A DNA stretch of 37,175 nt from Clostridiaceae bacterium (GTDB taxonomy: Bacteria; Bacillota; Clostridia; Oscillospirales; Butyricicoccaceae), in the NCBI GenBank assembly GCA_009911355.1, contig QXXE01000040.1, positions 1 to 37,175 of the forward strand, in the 5' to 3' direction. Numbering within the stretch: position 1 is the first letter of the stretch; each line of letters starts with the position of its first letter. Below, one piece after another: positions 1-7,650 of the stretch. The notes under the pieces are model-generated. The model had not been told where the DNA came from. It saw only the letters and a program-made list of their open reading frames with translations, and made no database searches. Made by a program: the position numbers and the translations under genes.

Positions 1-170
1 AGCCCCTCTGGCGGGTCCAGCAGGCTGCTGGCGCCCCCCGCAGGGGGCGGAGCCTGCCCCCGCCCGCAGGCGGAAAAGGGGAGTCCAGAGGGGTTAGCCC
101 CTCTGGCGGGTCCAGCAGGCTGCTGGCGTCCCCCCGCGGGGGGACGGGCTCCCCAGGCCGCGGCATAAAA
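1..170. repeat. GC-rich palindromic intergenic repeat, two tandem sub-units ('agcccctctggcgggtccagcaggctgctggcg...'), truncated by the window edge
   Basis: The direct repeat at 1-50 recurs at 98-150. Internal near-palindrome 'ccagaggggttagcccctctgg'. Same family as the copies listed below. Confidence 0.7.
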
Positions 171-205
171 GGCGAAGATTCATCACAACCAAGGGAGGAA
201 ATGGA

Positions 206-670
206 ATGTTTTTGGTGTTTTTGCTGTTGTGGATCATCCTCAACGGCCGTGTAACTGCGGAGATCCTGATCCTGGGATGCGCTTTCTCCGCCGCGTTCTA
301 CTGGTTCACCCGCAAATACCTCGGAAGGACCGCCGAGGATGAAAAAAAATGGCTCCGCAGCATCCCCCATATGGCCAAGTACCTCGCAGTACTCGTCTAC
401 GAAATCTTTAAAGCCAACTTCGACGTGATCCGCCTCATCCTTTCCCCCAGCACCGAGGTCGAACCACGCCTCGTCCACCTGCGCACCGACCTCAAAACCG
501 ACGGCAAACGCGCCCTCCTCGCCAACTCGATCACCCTGACCCCCGGCACGATCACCGTCCGCCTGAAAGGCCAGCACCTGCAAGTCCACTGCCTCGACTG
601 CTCCCTCGCCGAAGGGCTCGGCGAGTCCAGCTTCGTCCGCCTGCTGCGCGAAATGGAGGATGCCGAATGA
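206..670 (+). CDS. mrpE: Mrp/Mnh cation:proton antiporter subunit E
   Basis: 154 aa. 'LANSITLTPGT' and overall layout match MrpE/MnhE. RBS aagggagg lies 7 nt upstream. Confidence 0.8.
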   Translation: MFLVFLLLWIILNGRVTAEILILGCAFSAAFYWFTRKYLGRTAEDEKKWLRSIPHMAKYLAVLVYEIFKANFDVIRLILSPSTEVEPRLVHLRTDLKTDGKRALLANSITLTPGTITVRLKGQHLQVHCLDCSLAEGLGESSFVRLLREMEDAE

Positions 671-1011
671 GAGCCATTGAACTGAACTTCTTCAACACCC
701 TCGCACTGGCCTGCATGCTCGTGATCTCCGTGCTGTTTATGGCCGCGCTCCTGCGCGCCGTCAAAGGCCCCCGCGTCACCGACCGCCTGGTCGCCGTCAA
801 CATGATCGGCACCATGACCATCGCCATCATCGCCATCCTGGCCGAAGTGCTCGGCGAAGGCGGCCTGGTCGATATCTGCCTCATCTACGCCATGATCAGC
901 TTCCTCGCAATCGTCGTGCTGACCAAGGTCTACATGGGCGTTTACCGCCAACGCCGCATCCGCGAAAAAGCCCAGGAAAAACAAAAGCTCCAAGAGGAGG
1001 GGAAAGCATGA
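667..1011 (+). CDS. mrpF: Mrp/Mnh antiporter subunit F
   Basis: 114 aa with 3 TM helices. 'RVTDRLVAVNMIGT' is typical MnhF. Start overlaps the mrpE stop by 4 nt. Confidence 0.75.
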   Translation: MRAIELNFFNTLALACMLVISVLFMAALLRAVKGPRVTDRLVAVNMIGTMTIAIIAILAEVLGEGGLVDICLIYAMISFLAIVVLTKVYMGVYRQRRIREKAQEKQKLQEEGKA

Positions 1012-1331
1012 TCGCATTTATCCGTACCGCCCTCGCCGCCGCCTGCATCCTGTGCGGCGTCGCCGTGATGCTCATCGCAACCATCGGCGTCAACCGCTTC
1101 CACTACGTCCTCAACCGCATGCACGCCGCCGCCCTCGGTGATACCCTCGGCATCGGCTTCGTGCTCATCGGCCTCATGATCCACAACGGCCTGACCTTCG
1201 TCTCGCTCAAGCTGCTGCTCATCATCATCTTCTTCTGGATGGCAAGCCCCGTCTGCTCCCACCTCATCAGCAACCTTGAAGTGCAGACCAACCCCGACGT
1301 CGAAAAGGAGTGTGAGATCATCCATGAGTGA
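1008..1331 (+). CDS. mrpG: Mrp/Mnh antiporter subunit G
   Basis: 107 aa. MnhG-like 'GVNRFHYVLNRMHAAALGDTLG'. Start overlaps the mrpF stop by 4 nt. Confidence 0.75.
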   Translation: MIAFIRTALAAACILCGVAVMLIATIGVNRFHYVLNRMHAAALGDTLGIGFVLIGLMIHNGLTFVSLKLLLIIIFFWMASPVCSHLISNLEVQTNPDVEKECEIIHE

Positions 1332-1593
1332 CCTGTTTATTTTCCTGCTGCTCGTGTTCCTCATCGTCTGCGCCGTCGCCGCCAGCCTGACCAAAAAGCT
1401 GCTGGCCTCCATCGTCATCTTCATGTCCTATTCGCTGATCATGTCGGTGATCTGGGTGCTGCTGGAATCGCCCGACCTCGCAATTACCGAGGCCGCCGTC
1501 GGTGCGGGCGTGACCAGCCTCCTGTTCTTTACAACACTCAAAAAAATCCACGCAATCGAGGAGGAAATACGCGATGAGCAGGCAGAGAAGTGA
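1324..1593 (+). CDS. small membrane protein resembling the MnhB N-terminal region (DUF4040-like; MbhD-like)
   Basis: 89 aa from an internal ATG. aaaggag lies 12 nt upstream. 'DLAITEAAVGAGVTSLLF' matches the DUF4040 signature. Confidence 0.6.
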   Translation: MSDLFIFLLLVFLIVCAVAASLTKKLLASIVIFMSYSLIMSVIWVLLESPDLAITEAAVGAGVTSLLFFTTLKKIHAIEEEIRDEQAEK

Positions 1594-2524
1594 TTACCCC
1601 GGCAGCCGGTGGGATAAATTCAGCCGCTGGCTGCACGGCGATTATGACCCGTTCGCGGGCAAGCTGGAAATGAAACGCCCGGAGGAATTCCCCTCCCCGC
1701 CGCCGCTCGACTGGAAACAGGTCGACCTGAGCGTCGCCCAGCACGTGGGCGACGACCTCGACCAGGGCAAGCAGTTCCGGCTGTTCCGGAAACTGTACAA
1801 AGCCGCGTCCTGCGTGCTCTGCCTGAGCATTATCGTGATCCTGCTGATTACAGTCGCCAACCTGCCGCCGTTCGGCGACCCCGCGAACCCGGCAAACAAC
1901 GAGGTCTCCGAGCGCTACATCGAAAAGGGCTTACAGGAGACCGGCGCGGTCAATATCGTGACCGGCATGATCCTCGATTACCGCGCCTTTGATACCTTCG
2001 GCGAGTCGACCGTGCTGTTCTGCGCGGCCTGCTGCGTGCTGATCCTGCTGCGGCTGGATGACAGCAAAAAGGCCAAGGCGGAGGAGTTCGACCAGATCTA
2101 CGAGCCGCGCGAGGACACGATCCTCGAACAGGCGGCGCGCATCCTCTTCCCCATGATCATGATGTTCGGCGTATACATCGTACTCAACGGCCACCTGTCG
2201 CCGGGCGGCGGCTTCTCGGGCGGCGCGATCATGGGCGCGGGGCTCATCCTGTACCTGAACGCGTTCGGCTTCCAGAAGACCCAGCGGTTCTTTACCGAAA
2301 AAACCTTCCGCTATGTCTCGCTGGGCGCGCTGATGTTCTACTGCTGCGCGAAAAGCTATTCCTTCTTCACCGGCGCGAACCATCTGCCGAGCGGCATCCC
2401 GCTGGGCACGCCGGGGGCGATTTTATCGAGCGGCCTGATCTTCTACCTCAACATCTGTGTCGGCCTTGTCGTCGCCTGCACGATGTATGCCTTCTTCGTC
2501 ATGTTCCGCAAAGGGGGGTTCTGA
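1574..2524 (+). CDS. MnhB-domain membrane protein (Mrp subunit B-like) with an 85-aa hydrophilic N-terminal extension
   Basis: 316 aa. 'NIVTGMILDYRAFDTFGESTVLF' and 'GHLSPGGGFSGGAIMGAG' are MnhB hallmarks. gaggagg lies 8 nt upstream. Confidence 0.7.
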   Translation: MSRQRSDYPGSRWDKFSRWLHGDYDPFAGKLEMKRPEEFPSPPPLDWKQVDLSVAQHVGDDLDQGKQFRLFRKLYKAASCVLCLSIIVILLITVANLPPFGDPANPANNEVSERYIEKGLQETGAVNIVTGMILDYRAFDTFGESTVLFCAACCVLILLRLDDSKKAKAEEFDQIYEPREDTILEQAARILFPMIMMFGVYIVLNGHLSPGGGFSGGAIMGAGLILYLNAFGFQKTQRFFTEKTFRYVSLGALMFYCCAKSYSFFTGANHLPSGIPLGTPGAILSSGLIFYLNICVGLVVACTMYAFFVMFRKGGF

Positions 2525-2541
2525 CCGCCTTGCGGCCCACT

Positions 2542-2594
2542 CAAAACCTGCGGGTTTTGGCGCTGCGCGCCTCATTCAAAATCTGCGGATTTTG
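2542..2594. promoter_or_regulatory. two tandem 18-bp palindromes, 'caaaacctgcgggttttg' and 'caaaatctgcggattttg', 35 bp apart
   Basis: Both are perfect inverted repeats around a central 'ctgcgg'. They sit in a 300-bp gap inside the mrp operon. Confidence 0.5.
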
Positions 2595-2822
2595 AATGAA
2601 TTGGGGAATAAGGAAGATTTGACTCCGTCGATGCGGGCTTTGCCCGCACGCCGGTCCGGCCTCCGCTCCATGCATCGCGCAAGGCGCGATACACTGCGCT
2701 GCGGCGCAAGGTGAAAAAAGCCACGTGCGGGCCGCGGCTTTTTTCCCGCCGCTTTGCGGCGGTTTGGGATATGCGCCCGCGCCGCGCCCTGCTACAGACT
2801 TTCCACAAAAGGGGGAATCCAA

Positions 2823-3197
2823 GTGCTCGAAAACCTGATTATCAACCACTATGAGACAGCGGCGGTCATCCTGTTCGGCATCGGCTTTACGACCCTGCTG
2901 CTGCATCAGAACCTCATCAAGAAAATTATCGGCATGAATATCATGGACACCGCGGTTTACCTGTTCCTCGCGGCGAAGGGCTTCGTCGTGGGGCGGCTCT
3001 CGCCGATCGTTGTCAACGGCGTGCAGGATATGGAAGCCTACATCAACCCCGTGCCTGCCGGGCTGGTCCTGACCGGCATCGTCGTCTCGGTCAGCGTGAC
3101 CGCGCTCATGCTCTCGCTGAGCCTGTGCCTGTACCGGCGCTACCATTCGCTGGACCTGGACGTCATCTTAATGCGTGTGAAGAAGGAGTGGAGTTAA
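2823..3197 (+). CDS. mrpC: Mrp/Mnh antiporter subunit C (NuoK-like)
   Basis: GTG start after 'aaggggg'. 124 aa with 3 TM helices. 'YINPVPAGLVLTGIVVSVSVTALMLSL' matches MnhC. Confidence 0.7.
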   Translation: MLENLIINHYETAAVILFGIGFTTLLLHQNLIKKIIGMNIMDTAVYLFLAAKGFVVGRLSPIVVNGVQDMEAYINPVPAGLVLTGIVVSVSVTALMLSLSLCLYRRYHSLDLDVILMRVKKEWS

Positions 3198-3198
3198 A

Positions 3199-4701
3199 AT
3201 GCCGTTTGTATGCAATTTCCCCTTCTTTTCCATCGTGCTTTCGATGTTCTGCGGCATCGTTTCCTCGGTGCTGAGCGGCAAAACCGCGAAAAAGCTGAGC
3301 ATCGGCCTGCTGTGCGTCAACCTGGCGCTGAGCGCGTCGGTACTCGCCTACACGCTCGGGACGGGTGAAAGCTACGTATACATGATGGGCCATTTCCCCG
3401 CGCCGTGGGGCAATGAGATCCGCGCGGGCGTGCTCGAAGGGGTGCTCGCGTCCTTCTTCTGCACCATTATGCTGCTTGCGCTCGTCGGCGGCCTGCGCCA
3501 CATCGCGCAGGAGATCGAGCCGACCAAGCAGAACCTCTATTTTATCATGGTCGACCTGCTGCTCGCGTCGCTGCTCGCGCTCATTTACACGAACGACCTG
3601 TTCACCGCTTACGTCTTTGTTGAGATCAACACCATCGCCGCCTGCGGCATGATCATGATCCGGCAGATCGGGCGCAGCTATGTCGCGGCGGCGCGGTACA
3701 TGGTGATGAGCCTGCTGGGCTCGGGCCTGTTCCTCATCAGCCTTGCGACGCTCTACGGCCTGACAGGCCAGCTGCTCATGACCCCCGCGCAGGAGGCCGT
3801 CGCGGCGCTGCGCGAGGCGGGGCGGTATATGGAGCCGCTGACCGTGACCATCGCGCTGATGACCGTCGGCCTTGCCATCAAGAGTGGCCTGTACCCCTTC
3901 CATTCCTGGATGCCGGAAACCTACGGCTACTCGACCGCGTCGTCAAGCGCCATCCTTTCCAGCCTGGTCTCGAAGGGCTACATCATCCTGCTGATTAAAA
4001 TCTTCTACCGCGTCCTCGGCAGCGAGACCATCATGAAGGGCAAGATTTCCAACATCCTGTTTGTCTTCGGCCTTGCGGGCATGATCATGGGCTCGGTGAG
4101 CGCCATCCGCGAGAGCGATATCCGCCGCATGATCGCCTATTCCTCGGTGGCGCAGATCGGCTACATCTACATGGGCCTCGGGCTGGGCACCGAGGCGGGC
4201 GTGATCGCGTCGCTGTTCCACATCCTGTCGCACGCGGCGAGCAAGGGGCTGCTGTTCATCTCGGCGACCGGCCTGTCCGACGTGTCGGGCGGCAGCAAGC
4301 GCTTCCGCGACCTGCGCGGCGCGGGCTACCGCAACCCGGTCGCGGCGGCCGGCTTCACGGTGGGCGCCATGAGCATGGTCGGCCTGCCGCTGTTCGCCGG
4401 CTTCATTTCCAAGCTGCTCTTCGCGACGGCTGGCGTACAGGACCCGACCAAGATGCTCCCGACGATGGTGTGCCTTGCCGTGTCGACGGTACTCAATACG
4501 GTCTACTTCCTGCGCACGGTGCTGACCATCTTCACGCCGGTCGACGTCGACGAGGAGTCCAAAGCCCGCGCGCGCCAGATCACACGGGGCTTTTCGCTCA
4601 AGCTTTCGGTGCTGTGCTTTATCGCGCTGAACCTGATGCTCGGCCTGTATTCCGACCCGATTGTCGCGGCGCTGGAATCCGGGCTGCGCATGTTCTCGTA
4701 A
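3199..4701 (+). CDS. mrpD: antiporter-like subunit, MrpD/NuoN family (Proton_antipo_M)
   Basis: 500 aa, about 14 TM helices. 'YPFHSWMPETYG' and 'IAYSSVAQIGYI' match Complex-I antiporter-subunit motifs. Confidence 0.8.
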   Translation: MPFVCNFPFFSIVLSMFCGIVSSVLSGKTAKKLSIGLLCVNLALSASVLAYTLGTGESYVYMMGHFPAPWGNEIRAGVLEGVLASFFCTIMLLALVGGLRHIAQEIEPTKQNLYFIMVDLLLASLLALIYTNDLFTAYVFVEINTIAACGMIMIRQIGRSYVAAARYMVMSLLGSGLFLISLATLYGLTGQLLMTPAQEAVAALREAGRYMEPLTVTIALMTVGLAIKSGLYPFHSWMPETYGYSTASSSAILSSLVSKGYIILLIKIFYRVLGSETIMKGKISNILFVFGLAGMIMGSVSAIRESDIRRMIAYSSVAQIGYIYMGLGLGTEAGVIASLFHILSHAASKGLLFISATGLSDVSGGSKRFRDLRGAGYRNPVAAAGFTVGAMSMVGLPLFAGFISKLLFATAGVQDPTKMLPTMVCLAVSTVLNTVYFLRTVLTIFTPVDVDEESKARARQITRGFSLKLSVLCFIALNLMLGLYSDPIVAALESGLRMFS

Positions 4702-4713
4702 AGGAGGGGGAAA

Positions 4714-6156
4714 ATGGAAACCATACTTGTCCCGGTGCTGCTGGGGGCGGTGCTGCTGGCGGTGAAGCCGCTGCGCGAGGGCGCGGGCGGGCGGGCAGCG
4801 TTTGTGACGCTCTCGCTGCTGCTCCAATGCGCGCTGGCGGTGCGCGCGGCCATGTCCCCGCAGGCGGCGCGTTCCCTGCATCTGACGGAGGACGTGCTGC
4901 TGCTGCTCCAGCCGGACGGGCTGTCCGGCGTGTTTCTTGTGATGACCGCGGTGCTGTGGGCGCTTGCGGGCGTGTTCTCGTTTGGCTATCTCAAAAACGA
5001 CCGGCGTGCGGGCGTGTTCTTTGGCGTATACCTCATCGTGTACGGCACGATGGCGGGCGTCGCGCAGTCGGGCAACCTCATCACGGTCTATCTGTTTTAT
5101 GAAATGCTCACCCTGACCTCGTCGCTGCTGGTGTTCTACGAGGGCACCCATGAAGCCATTATGGCGGGGCTCAAATACCTGTTTTACTCGGTTGCGGGCG
5201 CGTTCCTTGCGCTGGCCGGCATCTTCATGCTCTCGCGCATGAACGAGTGGCTGATCTTCACCCCGGGCGGTGTGGCGCTGGATTACCAGGCCAACGGCGG
5301 GACCGGCACGGTGCTGGCCGCAGTCTTCCTCATGGTGCTGGGGCTGGGTGCGAAGGCGGGCATGTACCCGCTGCACGGTTGGCTGCCGACGGCCCACCCG
5401 GTTGCGCCGGCCCCGGCGAGCGCGGTACTCTCCGGCCTGATTGTCAAGGCGGGCGTGTTCTTTTCCATCCGGGTGGTGTATTACATCGTCGGCGCGGGCA
5501 GGCTGCGCGGCACGTGGGTGCAGTATGCGTGGCTGACGCTGGCGCTTGTGACGGTGTTCATGGGCTCCATGCTGGCGTATATGGAGCCGGTGCTGAAAAA
5601 GCGCCTCGCCTATTCGACGGTCAGCCAGGTGTCGTATATCCTGTTCGGGCTGGCGCTGCTCACGCCGGGCGGCTTTACCGGCGGGCTGCTGCACATGGTG
5701 TTCCATGCGGTCACCAAGTGCGGGCTGTTCCTCGCGGCGGGCGCTCTGATCAAGCAGACCGGCTGCACAAGGGTTTCCGAGCTTGCGGGCGTGGGCCGCG
5801 CGATGCCGGTCACGGCCGGATGCTTCGCGGTGTTCGCGCTGTCGCTGGTCGGCATCCCGCCGTTTTCGGGCTTTGTGAGCAAGTGGTACCTCGCGACCGG
5901 CGTCGAGGGCGCGGGCGTTGGGCTGTTTGCCCTCATCGGGCCCGCGGTGCTGCTCGTCAGCGCGCTGCTGACGGCGGGCTACCTGTTCCCGCTGCCGGTG
6001 CGCGGGTTCTTCGCCCCGGCAAAGGCGGGCGTGAAGGAAGCGCCCGCGGTGATGGCGCTGCCGCTTGTGGTGCTGGCGGCGCTGGCGCTGGGGCTTGGGC
6101 TGTTTGCGCAGCCGCTGCTGGCCTGCCTGGCGGAGATCGCCGGGACGGTCCTGTAA
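4714..6156 (+). CDS. antiporter-like subunit, MrpD/NuoM family (paralogue 2)
   Basis: 480 aa. 'YPLHGWLPTAHPVAPAPASAVLSG' and 'AYSTVSQVSYI'. RBS 'taaaggaggggg'. Confidence 0.8.
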   Translation: METILVPVLLGAVLLAVKPLREGAGGRAAFVTLSLLLQCALAVRAAMSPQAARSLHLTEDVLLLLQPDGLSGVFLVMTAVLWALAGVFSFGYLKNDRRAGVFFGVYLIVYGTMAGVAQSGNLITVYLFYEMLTLTSSLLVFYEGTHEAIMAGLKYLFYSVAGAFLALAGIFMLSRMNEWLIFTPGGVALDYQANGGTGTVLAAVFLMVLGLGAKAGMYPLHGWLPTAHPVAPAPASAVLSGLIVKAGVFFSIRVVYYIVGAGRLRGTWVQYAWLTLALVTVFMGSMLAYMEPVLKKRLAYSTVSQVSYILFGLALLTPGGFTGGLLHMVFHAVTKCGLFLAAGALIKQTGCTRVSELAGVGRAMPVTAGCFAVFALSLVGIPPFSGFVSKWYLATGVEGAGVGLFALIGPAVLLVSALLTAGYLFPLPVRGFFAPAKAGVKEAPAVMALPLVVLAALALGLGLFAQPLLACLAEIAGTVL

Positions 6157-6168
6157 GGAGGGGGAAAT

Positions 6169-7638
6169 ATGAATCCGATATTTTTGATTGTCCCCATCCT
6201 GCTGCCGCTGGCGGCGGCGGTATGGCTGCGGCTGGCGCGCCCGGAGGGCCGGGCCATGCAGGTGGGGCTCATGGCGGCGGTGCTGGTGAATTCGGCGCTT
6301 GTTTGGGCGCTGCTGCTCAACCGCCCGGCGGATGGGCTGGAGCTGTTCCGGTTTACGCAGGGCCTTTCGGTCACGCTGCGGCTGGACGGCATGGGCTCGG
6401 TGTTCGCGGGGCTGGTTTCGGCGCTGTGGCCCCTCGCCACGCTGTATACCTACGCTTATATGGAGCATGACAGGCGCGTGGGCGTGTTCCTGACCTGCTA
6501 TACGCTGACTTATTCGGTGACGCTCGGCATTGCCTTTGCGGGCAACCTGCTGACGCTGTACCTGTTTTACGAGCTGCTGACGCTGGCGACCGTGCCGCTG
6601 GTCATGCACGACCTTACGCCGGAGGCGCTGCGTGCCGCGCGCAAGTACCTGTATTATTCGCTGGGCGGCGCGGCGTTCGCGTTCATGGGCATCGTGTTCC
6701 TCGCGTATTATGGCGCGACGCTGGATTTTACAGGCTATGCGGCGGCGGTCAACAGCGGCATGATGCTGTCGCACCGCGATATGATGACGGTTGTGTATGT
6801 GCTGACCTTCTTTGGGTTCAGCGTCAAGGCGGCAATGTTCCCGTTCCACGGCTGGCTGCCGACGGCCTCGGTTGCGCCGACCCCGGTGACCGCGCTGCTG
6901 CACGCGGTGGCGGTTGTCAAATCGGGCGCGTTTGCGATCCTGCGCGTGACTTATTTCAGCTATGGCACGGTGTTCCTGGCCGGGACCGCCGCGCAGAAGG
7001 CCGTCATGGCGGCGGCGATGGTGACCGTTGTGTTTGCGTCGACGATGGCGGTCAAGGCGGTGCATTTCAAACGGCGGCTGGCCTATTCGACGGCGTCCAA
7101 CCTGTCGTATATCCTGCTGGCGGCGTCTGTGATGACCGGGCTGGGGCTCGAGGCGGCGCTTGCGCATATGGTGTTCCACGCGGTGATGAAGTGCTGCGCG
7201 TTCTTCTGCGCGGGCGCGGTGATGCACCAGGCTGACAGGCATTATATTTATGAGCTGGACGGCATCGGGCGCAAAATGCCGGTGGTGTTCACCTGCTTTA
7301 CGGTAGCGTCGCTGTCGCTGGCGGGCATCCCGCCGCTGTGTGGGTTCCTCAGCAAGTGGTCGATTGCCAAGGCGCTGCTCACCATGCCGGACACGCTGCT
7401 CGGCTGGCTGGGGCTTGCGAGCCTGATGTACGCGGCGTTCATGTCGGCGGTCTATATGCTGACGGTGGTTGTCCGTGCGTTCCAGCCGCTCCCGGCAGGG
7501 CAGCTGGAGGGCGTGCATGACCCGGGCTGGAAGATGATCCTGCCGATCGGGCTGTTGGCGGCGGCGGTGGTTGTGCTGGGCTTCTGCTCGCAGCCGCTGT
7601 TCGGGCTGTTCGGCAGGATTGCCGCCGGGACGCTGTAA
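6169..7638 (+). CDS. antiporter-like subunit, MrpD/NuoM family (paralogue 3)
   Basis: 489 aa. 'FPFHGWLPTASVAPTPVTALLHA' and 'AYSTASNLSYI'. Its upstream RBS 'taaggaggggg' is nearly identical to that of the 4714 gene. Confidence 0.8.
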   Translation: MNPIFLIVPILLPLAAAVWLRLARPEGRAMQVGLMAAVLVNSALVWALLLNRPADGLELFRFTQGLSVTLRLDGMGSVFAGLVSALWPLATLYTYAYMEHDRRVGVFLTCYTLTYSVTLGIAFAGNLLTLYLFYELLTLATVPLVMHDLTPEALRAARKYLYYSLGGAAFAFMGIVFLAYYGATLDFTGYAAAVNSGMMLSHRDMMTVVYVLTFFGFSVKAAMFPFHGWLPTASVAPTPVTALLHAVAVVKSGAFAILRVTYFSYGTVFLAGTAAQKAVMAAAMVTVVFASTMAVKAVHFKRRLAYSTASNLSYILLAASVMTGLGLEAALAHMVFHAVMKCCAFFCAGAVMHQADRHYIYELDGIGRKMPVVFTCFTVASLSLAGIPPLCGFLSKWSIAKALLTMPDTLLGWLGLASLMYAAFMSAVYMLTVVVRAFQPLPAGQLEGVHDPGWKMILPIGLLAAAVVVLGFCSQPLFGLFGRIAAGTL

Positions 7639-7650
7639 GGAGGGCTGGAG

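Noticed and set aside
5247-6470. 407-aa plus-strand ORF in an alternative frame
   Set aside because: Out-of-frame overlap with two MrpD-like genes. Gly/Ala/Arg-rich artefact of GC-rich third positions.
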